Notes: a model not told the origin generated them from the sequence alone. A DNA stretch of 64,000 bases from the human T2T-CHM13v2.0 reference genome, Homo sapiens (GCF_009914755.1 NC_060937.1), one strand, 5' to 3'. Counted from the first letter of the stretch, positions 1 through 18,561 are shown. Translations and numbers: made by a program.

Positions 1-428
1 ATATGTGTCTCCTATCACACTCTGAGCACAAGTGATAGGAACAAGCAGAATTGAAAAGTGAGGGATCGCTCATTCCAGTAAAAGAGCTTGTGCAAAACTT
101 GGTTAAAATCTGACTTATGCAGCAGGTGAAGCGAGTGCTCCACTGGTTCGGTGACTCCACAGGGATGGGTTCATTTGAGCAGCCACGTGGCGGCCCTCAG
201 AATAGTCTGCCCTGTATTGTGGTCATGGGGAATGAAGGGAAATGAAGCTGAGGGTTAGAGATGGGGGTGGCACAGGAGCCATGCGACCTCTAGGGGCACC
301 TAGAGAAAGGACCTCTGAGCTCCAGAGATCAGACATTGGAGCCTGCTGAAATTGTTTTATGATAACTTGCTTGTCCTGCCAGCAGAGGTTGCTTTCCTAA
401 CCCTGACTAGGTGCCCCAAGGAAAATTA

Positions 429-774
<346 letters not shown>

Positions 775-1361
775 TTATACAAAGAAGTAGACAATTGAAC
801 AATTGCCAGATAAATTCAATTCGTACAAAGATCAAATGTAGTTTTTTCAGATGATAGAACTATTTTACTCCAAGAGTAGTTTTTTTTTTCCTTCCTGAAT
901 TATTTGTGTGATGGCCCTGATGATGTATATCCCTTCTCCTGTGTGTATCCTGCAGGCTGATTTAGCTTTAAATGTTCTAAGGAACAAGTCTTCCATCATT
1001 TACCTACAGAAATCATCTTGCAGACTGATTTTAGTTCTTTCAGCTGCGTATATGTCTAAGTATTTCTTTTCTCATTTTAATTCCATTATTTCTTTATTCC
1101 ATCACTCCCCTTCGTTATGTTAACACCTTTCTCCAATAATTTAGGAAGTTGTGCCATTTTCTCTCAAGCATGTCCTGGTTCTATAGATCTTACTCCTTTG
1201 AGTTTTCTTCATGATCCAATTGAGGTCTCAAGAATGTTGCCTTTCTCCCCACCCTTCTTCCCAATGTAGGCAGGTGGGGCTGGTGGGGACGTTTGCCACA
1301 CAGAAAAACAGGCTGCAGTGTGGGAGACAGCAAGACCAGAGCCTCACAGGCCCACAGAGTC

Positions 1362-1524
1362 TTTATTTTATTTTCTTAGAAAGGGGTCTCACTCTGTTAC
1401 CCAGGCTGGAGTGTACTGGAGCCATCACGGCTCCCTGCAGCTTCGAACTCCTGGACTCAAGTAATCCTCCTGCCTCCGTGTCTGGAGTAGCTGGAATTTA
1501 CGGGCATGAGCCATTGCTCCTGAC
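1362..1524 (-). mobile_element. Old Alu monomer (FLAM/FRAM/AluJ-like)
   Basis: Single-arm Alu homology with T-rich tail. Confidence 0.75.
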
Positions 1525-1654
1525 ACTAGTCCTTTTTCTGAGAAGTCACAGAGAGGTGGGGGGAACTGGCTCAGGCTGCTTCTCCAAGTCAGTGCAGAAG
1601 TTAAGGGGAGCACCTCTGTGGATGTAGAAAAGTCTTCTCCCCACTGTGGCTGCA

Positions 1655-2001
1655 TTAGTGTCTCAGGGCAGGACTGTGTTCCCTCTGAAGGCTCAAGGAA
1701 AGAATCCCTCCTTGCTTTTCCCAGCTTCTGGTGGTTTCAGGCATTCCTGAGTTTGTGGCTGCATAACTCCAGTCTCTCCCCCATCTTCACGTTGACTTTG
1801 TCTCTGTAGCTATAGTTTCTCCTCTTTTGCTTCTCTTAAGGACATTTGTCATTGGATTTAAGGTAATCCACGATGATTTTATCCTGAGATACCATCTTAG
1901 TTATATTCTCAAAGACCCATTTTCAAATAAGGTCACCTTCACAGTTTCCAAGGGTTAGAAAATGGACTTATGTTTTGGAAGCTACCTTTCAAACCACGAC
2001 A
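1655..2001 (-). mobile_element. MLT1-type MaLR LTR fragment
   Basis: ccctctgaaggctc...cccagcttctggtgg...aaataaggtcac...ccacgaca motifs. Confidence 0.65.
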
Positions 2002-3019
2002 GTGGCCAGCTCTCTCCCTACTCTCTGTCTTGGTACCATTTAGAAACATAACTGAAATTTAAGCACTGTATCTGTAGAGGGCCCTTATGAAAAAGTAAAG
2101 TACCTCTGAGAGAGATCATCTGAACATTCAATGCCCATTAGTCCAGGGCTGAGAGCAGGATCCCAGAGGAAAGGGACAGATGAGGCCATGTTAGTAAAGC
2201 AATAAGAGGCAGCAGAAGACCTTGGGGCCCCATCAGACTGAACCTGTGACAAGCCACCCCAAGTGAGAAGTTAGGAAGCCAAAGGTAGAGTCTGACCATT
2301 CCTAATTTTGCCTTACATCTATGCTGGACTCACCTTCTTGGACTCCAGTGGGAAAAGTGACCACCTTCCTGCCCACTTCTGTTTGTTTCTGGATTGTCCC
2401 AGAGGAAGTGTAGAGTTTGTGATAGAAGGAAGTTAGACTGTTAAGCATGATCAGGATGTCACTGCCCATTTAGCCTGTCATGAAACACAAGCTACGAGCT
2501 GAGGATCACATGCCCGATGCCAGGTAGCGCTGCAGACCCCTCACTTCCAGTTGAATGTTTCCTCTACTACATTTGGTTGTCTCTAATGATCTCAGTGGAT
2601 TTAAGGAACATGTTTCATGTATACAATGCACCCTGCTAGGATTGGAGTTTATTTAGACAACCAATTGGCATCGCCAAATCCCAAATTTGCTGAGATCCCA
2701 GTTACGTACATTGCTTGCTCTCCATGGGGTATGGATTTGATCTCTATTATACTTAACTATAGCTGACTGGAATAAGCCACTCTGTAGTGAATACATGAAT
2801 GGAAGAATAAATAAATAAATAAATAATTTAGATCAGCTTTCCCTTTAAGGATTTTATGTATTTGCCCAATGTTCAAGGTTAAGCAAATATAGCCCTGAGG
2901 AATAGAAGTCTCATTTTAAGCACCCTTTTGTTTCTATTTGTAAATGGGAACACCAGGTCTATGAATAGGACTGCCCATGCTGTTTGCTCTGTGAGGTCCC
3001 GTGCGGCATAGGGGGTAAA

Positions 3020-3240
3020 TGCTTTGTGTTCTGGAGCCAGACAAACCAGATTCAAATCCTGGTCATTCCATTTAATTAGCTGAGGGACTTCGGGCTAATT
3101 ACTTAACCTCTCTAGAACTCAGTTTTCTCATTGGTAAAAAGGGCAGGTGAGGGGAAGCAATGATAGTTGCTATCTCTTAAGGCTGGAGGGAGGATTAAAC
3201 AAAGCAAATTTAAAGAGCTTGAATTTTTAGGTAGTGTTTA
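3020..3240 (+). mobile_element. MIR (others at about 10640-10870, 17375-17530, 17960-18170, 23985-24030 plus 31242-31360, 50845-51070, 57690-57960)
   Basis: MIR core: ttcaaatcct...ttacttaacctctct...ctcagttttctcat...taaaa. Confidence 0.7.
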
Positions 3241-3366
3241 TTATTATTTCTCTTAGAAGAAATACTGTCCACTGCGGAGTTGGTCAGGATCAGACGGATT
3301 GGAAGTATAAAAGGTGTCTGATCAATGCACTACCCTACAGGCTGAGGTAGGGATAAAATGTAACAG

Positions 3367-3987
<621 letters not shown>

Positions 3988-6927
3988 AAGGTTACAGTTT
4001 TTAAAATTAAGGATCCAGTTCTGGTAACCCTGTTCACCTTACCCCCCACCCCAGCCTTCACTCCATCTACCCCTCCAGGCTCTAAACTCATCTTACCTAT
4101 GATCTGCTCTACTTGCAGTCCAGCTTTATGTATTACATAGGTATAATGAAATTCATCGTTAGAAAGGTTTCCCCCAGGCTCACTAAGCACACCGTGAGGC
4201 ACGTTGGTAATTATGTGTGTTGTCTGGAGTATGAGACGTTATAAAAATAGAAATGCCATACATTTTATGAAGTGAGGGTGAGCGTGGAGATTATCCAAGA
4301 CTGTGATGGTTTCCAAATGCAAATTGAACATCTTTCTTTTGATCCCAAACGATGGCAAGAAACTAACATGAATCTTTGATCCTATGCCAGTGTCTGGAGA
4401 AATTATGAGGTCTCCAGAATGGGATAATAGATCCTCATCAAGACTTCCAGCTTTAGGAAATTGTTTAATCTCCATTCTCAGTGGCTGCTGCTTTGAGGCA
4501 GCTGTGACGGAAAGGTCCCAAGTGCTATTGAAAACAGCTCATCAGTTCAGAACAAAGCTGATTATGTAAATTGTGCATTAAGATGCAGCTCCAATTTAAT
4601 TTTACTCAGTAAATAAATATCCCATTAACATCCATCTGTTGAAAGTCAGGTAAGGCATTCTCTAAGACTAGAGCCCCAGCGAATGTGCCTGACAGGGGAA
4701 GGATTAGGACACCCAAATTCACTATGTAGACCTTTGTTTTTTTTTCTTTAAATGGCAACTCAGCTATAAAACCAATTTAGAGCAAAAAGAAGCTATGATT
4801 GGCCGAGAAAGACACTGCATCTATTTCTGGCCGTGCTTGTTGGAGGGCACACGAAAGCTTTCTCTGATTGCTGTCACAGAGATCAATAATAATTATAGCT
4901 CGCCAATTCTCTCCAAAAATAAAAACATTTCAGTTGATGAGAAGTGAACACTAAATTAGCACCAGCTCTTTTTGCTGCAGGGCAATTTACCCATCCAGAA
5001 ATGCCACTTGTGAGAGCAGTCTTTGCCTAATGGGCACAGCTTCCCTCTCCAGAGTTGGGAGTGGTGGAAAATTTCACCCAGCCTCTGGACTGGCAGGCTC
5101 TGGAGACAGGCTGCCTCCAGAGCTGCCCTCTCTCAGTTTCAGGCCCATAACTACCGATGGCCCTTGAGCTCTAGGAAAAGCTCTTGATACTTCTAGAGTA
5201 GCCTATTAATATCATGTGCGTCCAGGAACATCTGCTTTGTCATTATCTGCCCAGTTTTTGGTAGGGATGAATTGTCAATCAGCTGCAGTAGGATAGCTAA
5301 GAACCTGTTGTGTTTCTGGATGGCACAACTGCTGGTGTGAGGAAGTGAGGAAGAGATGAGGAGTGGGATTAGCATGGGGCTGGGGACAGGCTGAGGATGA
5401 CCCATCGTGGACTTCATACTCTAACCCTTAAGGCACTGTTTTCCAAACTGTTGATCACTCTCGTGATAAAAGTGACCATTGCAGCTGGCTACAGACATCC
5501 CTGGAAAGGTATGAAACAGAGGCCATTCAGCCAAGGCTATCAGACCAGATGCCACTAGCATAAGCAGTGCTTTTGTGCATACTGCAACAGGGAGACCGCC
5601 TGGGCAGAAAAACCTCAAAAAATGCCCCTTTTTCCCAACTGATGAAGCCCTGAGTCAAGGCCCATGGATTTAGGAGAAGAAGTTACAGCTCTCCTCTGCC
5701 CTATCCCCCTTTCTTCAAAGTATGCCCCCTCCCCAAGTGTGAGGCCAGAAGCTTGCTCCTCCTTTTCTCCTCTTCTTCCTGTCTTCAAGTGGGGTGTAAT
5801 GCCTGGAGCTAAAGCAGCCATTTTACAGCCATGAGACAACACACCAACCTGCTTAGGAGGGCGAAAGGAATGATGGGTGAGGCTTGGGTCTTAATGACAT
5901 TGCTGAATTGCTACACTAGCCCTGGGCTGACTATCTCTCAACCTCTTATTATGCAAGAAAGAGAAATCTCTATTTTAAACCAATGTAAAGAATTACAGGC
6001 AAAAGACCTCTAATCAAAACAGAGAATAAAAGAAGTAGCAGAGCTGTGATAGGCAATAGGTAGAGAAGGCTAGATGTCTGATTCTTGGCAAACTCACCTT
6101 CAGAGACACCACTCACACTTCTTTTACAGGTGGACTTTAGGATCTTCCTTCCTTGATATTTGTTGAAGACCAAATCACTAAGTCCATCCCTTCATTGTGC
6201 CCTTTTACAGAATTTCCTTCAGCTGTTCACTTCTAGGATTGCTTTTTTCTGCACTGTCACTATGAGTCCTGAGTGAATCAAGGATGTAGGTTGAATGAGG
6301 CATCACTGTGACTGTCAGCCCTAAAAGTAAAATATCAGAAATGGCTTCATGGGCAGGAATGAGATGAAAACATGGCAGCATGTGCAGGAATGACACAGCC
6401 AAGCTAAAATCCCCAGTATTAACTATCCCCGTAAGCCAAGTTCTCTATGAGACCTGTGCCACCTCATCTAACACTGGCAGTCTGAGGTGTCACTGGAGTG
6501 AAAAAGAGCATTTCAGGTTCTAGCTCTTCCTCTCTAGGACATAAACAGGGCTTGTGTGTATGTACACTCGTGTGCATGTGTGTGCAGGAATGATTATAGG
6601 CAGGATCATGATACAGGTAATGTCTACTCCTCTGTGTCCATTTCCCATTATATGTCTTACCCGGCTCCCCCCAGACTGGCTCCTCGTGTCTTCATTCTTG
6701 TATCAGTTAGATTAGCTTGGGTCATGCTGCAGTAATGAACCAACCCAACTCTCATTTGCTTAGACTAATCAAAGGTGTATTTTTTGCTTGTGCTGCATGT
6801 CCTTTGAGGATAGCTGAGGGTCTCTCTCCACATCATTGTCATCCTCACCCCAGGACTCTGGCTGTCAGAAGTGACCTTATCTGGCACATTCCTAGTTGCT
6901 ATAGCAGAGGGGAAAAAAGCTGTAGGG

Positions 6928-7575
<648 letters not shown>

Positions 7576-8249
7576 CTAGGGTTTCACTTCAACAATTACG
7601 TGTTCAATCTAGCAGTGGCCAACACATGTGTCTTCTCCTTAGAGCTCATTGGATAAAATTGATCACACGGCTCCACCCAACCCTGGCAAGGGCAATTCTT
7701 CCTTTTGCCTTAACATGGAGAGGTGGGAACAGTTGGCATACAGCAGTCAGGACCCCTAAACGCTTCTCAGTCGATACTGCCCTTCACTGGGACATCCCAT
7801 TTCATGCCAGAGAGGGTGGTCCCTCCTCTGGTGTGAAAACCTCCTGGGCCAGCAGTCAGTGTTGGCTTGACTCCATTCTTGCTTGGCCATGAGGAGCGGA
7901 AGGCAAATATGTCAAATCTTGCAATCAAAGACCCAGAAGATGCTAGTGCCACATTCTTTTTTAAAAAATAAGAAATCCCTGGAACTGTGAGGTAAATACT
8001 ACCAAATGGAGGTAACTGGGTGGCCCCAAGGCTGGAGGTTCAGGCAGCAAGGGGAGGTATTCATGGAGCAGAAGGATTTTCCATTAATCGTTTATGTTTG
8101 CTGACACCTTTAGCTTCCTTTCTGGCTGCCTTATTGCTAAGTCTTTTGAGCTCCTCTCCCCCACTGCTTGTGACACCATCACTGGGGAGCAAGTAGCACA
8201 ATGACTGTCCACCACTCTCTATAGACCATAAGGTGATGCATAGGTACTA

Positions 8250-8484
<235 letters not shown>

Positions 8485-8809
8485 TTTTTCTTTTGTAGTA
8501 GAAGGTCTTAGAGGCCTTGACCACAACTTACTCTTCTTTGAATACCTATGAACCAGATAGGTACTACCTAGTACATGGTAGATGGCTCAGTAGCCATCTA
8601 AAGGAATGAATTCATATTAACTTTCACAAAACTATTCCTAAGTTGTTTATATTTTTAGTGGTGCTGCGACTGAGAGTCAGAATTGGCCCATGTGTCCGCT
8701 GTTATTGAAGAGAATGAGGATAGTCATTGATATGCCTCTTGGTGAGAGCCCTCCTAGTAGCCAGTTGGACTTGTACTTTGTAAAATGTGCATAACATGTG
8801 AATGTACAT

Positions 8810-9375
8810 TGTTTTAGAATATAGATTTTATTATTATTCAAGTATGGTGAAAGCCAACAGATCAGGAGATGACTGCCATTGAGGAGACAGTTTGTTGCTC
8901 ACAGTTCCAAGAGGAGGGGGCATGTCATACCACACCAGGCCACTTGGGGAAGCACCAGGGTCCGACAGGAGGCAGAGAAGTGGGAGGAAAGCATGGCCAC
9001 CAGCCTTTATTGTGGTTTCTGTGGGGAGGAACAGGCGAGGCAGGGTAAGCAGGCTTGGGATTGGCTAATCTGAATAACTTCATAGCAGGCTCTGTGGTAT
9101 AGGGGCTATCTCCATTGTCTGGTACCTGGCCCTGGGGTCATTAGGGCAGACAGATAGTGGCTCAGAGTGTGAAAGTCCTGCTAAAGCCCAATAGAGGAGG
9201 TGGTGAAGATGTGGGCTTTGGATTGGTTAGTTTGCATGTGTGAAAGGTACACTTGCAGCTGTTCTTTGTAATCTCTAGAAATTGCTATCTCTATGGTTAC
9301 CTCTCCAGGGTCAGCAAGGCCCCAGATGTCAAAGCATCAGAAAGACAATAAGTGAAAAGGCATGATTAATCCATA
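8810..9375 (-). mobile_element. ERVL-type solo LTR (MER68/MER77-like)
   Basis: ccaacagatcaggagatgactgccatt...cagggtcagcaaggccccagatgtcaaagcatcag...catgattaat; the inverse of related sequence at 43170-43700. Confidence 0.6.
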
Positions 9376-10229
9376 TATAAATGACTCCACCGAGTTGAAA
9401 GGTGCCATTTCAGTATCTTAGGGCCTAGAAAACTGGGGCTTATGTGCCCTTTACTGGTAAGTGTTCGAAGTGGTTTTTGTCACTTGTCATTGGGGTATTA
9501 AATAGTGAGAATGCAAGTCTAGAAGTCAGAGGCCTGAGCTACATTTGTGGTCCTAAGTGGATTCCCTGCTGTCCCCACATGGACCCTATGAGAAGAGGTC
9601 TCTGAACCTTTGGATTAAAAAACAACACAGCCATAGTAACTGTGTACTTTGTGAAAGCTTAGTATGCCTAAAAAGGATCTTGCACTACAGAAATTTCAGC
9701 TCAATAGATTGAACTTCAAAATAAGTAGCAGAGCTGTCCCATACTTTTCAAGGATGAAATAAAGGTTAATTTGTTTTCTTCCCTTTTCACTGGAGCAGAC
9801 TCACATTTGGGTGAGAGACCAAGGCTGCGGGGAGTCAAATGGGACCAGGGATGTAGGGATGACTGACTGCCAAAGCTTCCTAGTGCGGCTCAGACTGTCA
9901 GTGCTCCACGTTTTAAGTGCCATGTGACAGGTCTCTAGCACATTGGAGAACAGCTGGAGGGCCAGCAAGAGACGCTTGATGTTCTTGATGCATGTTGGTG
10001 TCTATGAATTCACTGAACTCTAGGAGTCCCTCCAAAGCGTATTACATACTTTAGCAACAGACACTTAGAAAGTCAAGTGGGACCCAGTGTTACTAAAAAA
10101 TGTTGATGCACCATTTGGTTGCCCTCTGAGCTTCCCTACAACTCTTAAACTTATGGCTCATTCAACAAAATGGAGCAGAGTTCAACAAGGAGTTAAAAAT
10201 TAAGTATCTGTCTCAAAAGGTCTGAATGT

Positions 10230-10272
10230 CTGGGGATCTATAGACCTGGGGATCCTATAGACCTGGGGATCT
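10230..10272. repeat. Short tandem repeat, about 2.6 copies of ctggggatc(c)tatagac
   Basis: Directly visible. Confidence 0.85.
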
Positions 10273-11693
10273 GTAAGTATTGTGCAGCAGGGAGACCTCT
10301 TAAAATGATGGCATCTAGAGCCAAGAACAATGGCCATTTTATTGCTTCCTGAATCCTAGAGCACCAGGGCTCAATGCACGTGTGCCATTGGTAGCAGCAT
10401 GGTGCTTTACAGAGAGGTCAGCCAAGGGATTGTCATCTGAATGTTGGCAGCAGAATGGCTACCAAATTTCTTTGGACTGGAAAAAATATATCCAAAATCC
10501 ACATTTTCACTTGAAAGTGTTTATTATGGTCTAGAAAAAAAATTTATATGCATACTCAAGTTTACCAGTCGAATTAAAAAAAAAAAGATATTCACTGATG
10601 AAGGAAAAGTGAACTAATGATAATATTACCAAAAAGAAATGATAGCTGATACTTACACAGTGCTTTCTATGTGCCAGGCATTGGTCCAAGCTCTTTATTT
10701 AGCAACTTGTTTAATCCTTACAACAATCCCGTGAGGTAGGTAGTAGTAGTATTTCCTCTTCACTGATGGAAACAACTGAGACTAAGCAGTTTGCCCATAG
10801 ATCATTCAGCTGGTAAATAATGGAGCTGGGATTTGAACCTAATCAGTCTAGCTCCAGAATGCATGTTCATGATCCCAAACCATGTTAAAGGAGGGAGCAC
10901 AGTTGGAAAGGCAGCATTATCTCTGCCCCAGTTTGCTTTTCAGTCTGCATTGATGTCTATTGAGCATCTCTGCAGGGAGTTGTGACATTTTTCAGGTCCC
11001 AAAGGTCATACCCTTCAGACTGTGAGATGACCCTTAAAGTCAAAAAGGCTTTAGTAGGGCTTTAGGATCTTCCTGTTGCAGTTCTCCAGAAATAGCGGTC
11101 CTCAGGAAACACCCAGAGTCTTAGGGTATCCGTAATTCCTTAAAGGTGATGGTTGGCAAAAGCTCCTTGCAATGTCAAATCTCCCGCTTCCTTACAGGCT
11201 CAAAAGCTTGTTTGCGGAATCAATTGGGATAGGCTGGAGTATGTTGCAGTAACACAAACTGCCAAATCTTAGTGGCTTAAAACAACAAAGGTTTATTTAT
11301 CATGCATGTTACATGCCCACAGGTCATGGGTGTGTAGACAGACAGTGACATATTACATGCCTATCCCAAGTTGCCAAGGGGTCTCGACTTACAGCAATCT
11401 TTCAAAGGCCTAGGATGACAGAGAAGCCTTCAAGCTATCATCTTGAAGTGGGCAGCTGCCATGCCAGAGGACAAGTGCTCTGGAAATTCTTGGACCTGAA
11501 ATTAAAGGTATACCCTAAAGTAGCACAAAATCCATGGGTCCAAACTGGTTACAGATCCCACTCAACCACAGGAGAACAGGAAGTATGTTTCTAACATGTG
11601 CTCAAAGAGAACAAAAGCAAGCAATCACTGGTAAACCCTGAGCATCAATCTTTACCTTGTTCAGTCTGAACAACTGTGAGAAAGAGGATTTCA

Positions 11694-12122
<429 letters not shown>

Positions 12123-13669
12123 TTAGAAAGTACTTAATTTAGCTGGTTGTTTTCCTGATTTCAGTGACTGCTCCATCCATTTCTCTCTGCTTCCCTCCTT
12201 CCCTTATCCCCCATCCACTTGTCAGGTCCTGGGATTTTAATGCTGTTATGTTGGCACAAGGCAATTTTTATTTGTAGTAATTTAAAGGGTTGAATGAAGC
12301 CATGACTGCAAAGGGTGAAGAACAAGAATATATTTGTAAACATTTTATGTACCATTTCCTGACTATGCTTTTACAGAAGGGAGCTCTGTGGGACTCCTTT
12401 CCTCCCCATTATGCAATAGAATCATTTAGTTTTGTCTGTACTACTTTTGGTGTGTACAAGATGCAGTTCTTCACCAAACAGGGACTTCCCATCAAATTAG
12501 ATTCTGGATGATCTAGGGAAGAGGAGGTAAGAGACCTGTCAATACTTCTTGGTCTGACTGATTGTGGGGAAAAGGCTGAATTGAAAACATGGTTGATCGT
12601 GGTGTGCTCTCTACAAGGAAAAAGAGGAAAGGAAGTTGATTCTGGAGTCACACAGACATGGGTTCAAATTCTAGAGGGACCACTTATTAGCCCGTGATCT
12701 TGGGTAGATCCATTTCTTCATCCTTTGTAAACCCACTGTCAACAAGTGCTCAAGAGGTTGGTCTCTTTAAACAGACATAAAGTAAGGAAAGCAGTAGTCT
12801 TTGATTCTGACATGCCAGAGACTGTAGAAAGGTTTTGGTGGCAATGAACTCACAGGGCTCTGCTTAGGCTCAATCATGGGGTCTACATGCATACATAGAT
12901 TTGTCATCTCACTCTTCAAAGAATCATAATTAACATATTTCTACGTATGGTTCATATCGAGGGGGCCAATAAATAAATGGAGATCACCAAGGAAAAGGAT
13001 GTAAAAATAGTCCGTGGTGGAGACAGACATTGTCATCTTATTGTGTAGTAAGCAGCCTAATTTAAAAAATGACAACATCCAAAGGCATCAACGGCAGGAA
13101 GGGAAGGGAGTCCGACCCAGGTGGTTACATTTATTCCTTCATTATTGAAGAGAAACATGCCTCAGTGCTGGGTGAATACCTCCATTGCGTTTTTCAGAAA
13201 ATGGATGTAAGCCATATTTCTTGTGTTCTATTTCATTAGAGTGAAAGCATGATAATGATATGTGGTTGAAATAGAGGCCCATGAGTTCTGAGAAAATCAA
13301 CACCAAGAATAAGATTGCTACCAAAGCAAAGGCCTCTTAAATTCTGTTGACTGACGTCTCCCTAAATCTAATCCTCAGGGACCTGGCAGCCTCCTGCTTA
13401 TTCCCATTTGTGGCTGCAGTGACTTATTATCAGGTTAACACCTCCCTGGAGGGTGTTTACTCTCAACAGAGACCGGATTCTAGTCTATCAGGCTTTTTTA
13501 TTAACCACTATAGAAGTGCTGACCATAATGCCTAGAGAAAGGTTTCTCAAAAATCACGTAATGAATTAAGTAAGATTCCTGGAGATGTGGCTTAGGAGCC
13601 TGAATTTTGACAAGGTCCTAAAACACTGATGTTTGAAAACCAGTGACTTACTGTCCATGTATGAAATGA

Positions 13670-14004
<335 letters not shown>

Positions 14005-14619
14005 AGAGCATTACATCTTGGAAGGCTTATGAAAACCAGAGATGGATGGTTCTGGAGCTGGACCATGGACAGACAGCATCCTAAAATCCAAACAATTACC
14101 ACTTCCCATATTTTATACTCACATCCCCAGTAAGCATCCTGAACAAGTCATTTGCTGGGGATTTTCTCACTTTTATATTACCTTAGTTATTTGCCTTTCT
14201 AGTGATTTTTCTTGGATTTCTCCTTACATTTTTATAAGTCTCTGTCTTTCCCCTCTAACTACAGATGACTCTTGGCTGTCTTGGCACTTCTTTGCATTTC
14301 TTCTAGTGCCCAGCGCATAGGTTGTGCTGTAAGGATGTCTATGAACGTGTTGATATAGGTGCAGCTCAAGTGTCAGTTCAGCCGGGAACTTCAAGATATC
14401 CTGAAGTAGATGCGCCTGCCTGAGTCTCCTGCTCCATCCCTCGTGTGCTTGGAACTGTGATGCCACATGCAGGTGCCCAGAAAGCACATGCTCATTGATT
14501 GCTGACCTTTGACTCCCTATCTCATTTTGATGAATGCCCTTATATCCTAAGGGAAAGCTGCTCCTGCTGGCAGTTACCAGACATTACTCCAGAATGGCTG
14601 CATCTCAGATGGCTTCTGC

Positions 14620-15830
<1,211 letters not shown>

Positions 15831-16796
15831 CTGGGATTTTTTTTGTCTGATTTGTTTACTATTTCTCTATTGCCTAAACTATTAAGTCAATGTTGGGAAG
15901 GAAGGCAGGCAGGGAGGAAAGAAGGAAGGAGGGAAGGGACTCCATTTTTAGGAAGTCCTAAATATTGGAATAGAGGTTGTTAAACTGAAATTAACATTAA
16001 TTCATGCTGAGTAGAGGAAAGAGAACCAAATTTTTGAGAACTGGTACAGGAAGCATTTCTCACACACTGATTGTCTCTGATTGAAATCTATATGAGTGGT
16101 CTGCAGCATCTGCACAGATTGATTAAATGGCTTCCTGCCTAATCAGCTCTCCATCAGTTATTATCTGTGTTCTCACCTGTCAGCCATATTGAATGGGGGA
16201 TGGCTTCCTCCAGCTCTGTTCAGGCTCTCAGAGCTATGGGGTGTGTGACATGAAGTTCCGAGGTGAGGCAGAAGGAAATTCTAACCCAAGTACAGGTTGA
16301 GAGAGCCTTCTTATTGGAGACTAACTGTCCTTACTGAAGGTGTCCCCTAGAAACCAGGCCTTCCTGGGGGTAATGGCTTGTGTGAGCCTGATGTGGAAGC
16401 TTTCATTCCATTCTTCCTGATCCTGTGGCCTGGAGATGGATCCAAGAAAGATGTGGATAGGTCAAAAGCTATTTCTGCTCGTCAGCAATATCTTCTGCAT
16501 TAGCATTGCCAGCAGGGCTGGGTGTTAATGGGGGAGACCCTGGGTCAGTGCTGGTTCCATGATTCGCTGTAAACACAGTTCTTAGAGTACTCCCCAAGGG
16601 TGGATTACAGGGGAGCTCACTCTGTTGGTATCTTTCACTCACTCAGTAACTCACTCTCTTCGATGGGGTCCAAGTAGACCCATGTTGGACTGTGGATGTC
16701 CTCTGTTATTAAAAGGGCTGTGTTATTGAAAGGCTTCCATGTGGTTCTAAGAGGCAAGAACTACATATTAGGTTGGTTCTTGTGGTGAAAGTGATT

Positions 16797-17352
16797 GTGG
16801 TGGTTTTAAAATGTGGTCATAAGTTCCTTGGCACATCTCTTATCAAGAGATGGGGGCTGCGTTCTGCCCTTGCACGTGGTATGCTCTGTGACCAATGAGT
16901 GGACTGTAGAGAAAAGAACAGTAATGTTACATGACTTCAAAGGGTGGAATGCATCTTCCATCTTCTTTATTGGAAAACTCACTCTAGGAGCCCTGAGCCA
17001 CCATGTGAAGAGCCTGACTGTCCTGAGACTGCCATGCTGGAGAGGCCACATGGAAACACTCCAAGTGACAATTCCAGATGAATACACATATCCCTAAGAC
17101 TTCCCAACCCGGGCACCAGACAGTGAATAAGGAAGCCCCCTTGGAAGTGGATTCTCCAGCCTCACCTGTGTCTCTCTACCTTCTGCCCACCTTTGAGTCA
17201 CCCCAGCTGAGGCCCCAGATATCTTGGAGCAGAAAACCTTCCCAGCTGTGGCCTTTCTGAACACCTGACCTACAGAATCTTTGCACGTAATAAAATAGTT
17301 ATTATAGGCCACTTAGTTTTGGGATCATTTTGCAGTAATAGATTGTTAGAAC
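16797..17352 (+). mobile_element. MLT1 (F/G-like) MaLR LTR
   Basis: tgtggtggttttaaaa start; ccctgagccaccatgtgaag...gccatgctggagaggccaca; acctgacctacagaatc. Confidence 0.65.
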
Positions 17353-18561
17353 AGTGATGTATTCAGAAAATACCAGCTTTGGAGTCAGTTAGACATCAAT
17401 TCAAATGCCAACTCCCAGTTGGCTATCTCTGTGATCTTGGAGAGTGTCTGATACAGCTTTAAAGAGGGGATAATATAACCTGTATTTCAGGTTGATGTGA
17501 GGGTTAAATGAGGTAATATGTCCAAAGCCTATTATATAAGAGTTTTTTAAAAATCTTAACTTTCCTTTTCTTCTCTTCCCTTCCACTTAAGGAAGAAAAA
17601 AACAATAACCTAGTTATGTCCATTTTGGAAATGCAAGTGTATCTGATGCATTTTGTGACTCCCATGTGGGTCAGCCTGCATTAGAGCTGTTGGTTTACTT
17701 CTCCCTCTGCCCGGCCTGTTCCCCCTGACCTGTGAACTCCGTTTGGCACAGGTCTGCTCTTTTTAAACTTAGAGATTAGCCCAGGGCTGGTTCGAAGTAG
17801 TTGCATGATCAATGTTGTCAAAGAAATGTGTGAAGAAATGCTTACAAGTAGAAAGCTGAGCCTGCATGTATGATTTCACAGTGGGATAGGGGAGTGTGAG
17901 GAACTGTATCTGTAAGAATTAAATCTGATTTTTTGAAAGTCAGCTCTCAAAGAGACCCAGACTTTGGCACTGACTGCCTGGGGTCAAATCCTGTCTTGGT
18001 TCCTTATTGGCTATGTGACCTTAGGTAAGTTACATAACCTCTCCGTGTCTATCTTTTCCCATCTACAAAAAGGGAAAAAAATAATGGTACTTACCTAAGA
18101 AGTATATTGTGATGAGTAAACACTATACATCAAGCACCCATAACAGTGCCTGGCTCGTGGTAATGCTATGTAACACTGCTCCTCCTCGTTCATGGACCAG
18201 GAGCATCTACATCACCCACAAACTTGTGAGAAATGTAGGAATCTCAGGCTCCAACAGAGTGACCAAAACAGAATAAGCATTTTAATAAGATCCTCAGATG
18301 ATTCATATGCCTATTAAGACTGGAGAAAGCCTGTTTTTCTAGTAAGCCTTAACTAGTATTATGATGTGGAAGAGCATTGTCATACATTTGGAAAACATCT
18401 TCCTAAAAAATTGGTGCAGTCCCAACATGCAGGGTTTTTAAAATGTCATGGACTTGGGATTTAGGCCAAGTGAAGGACAATGAATGCCAAGGGCCACGCC
18501 ACTGTACGCTTGTCCAGCAACATCCTCTTCTCTTCCCTTCACATTATACTCCATCCTTTAG

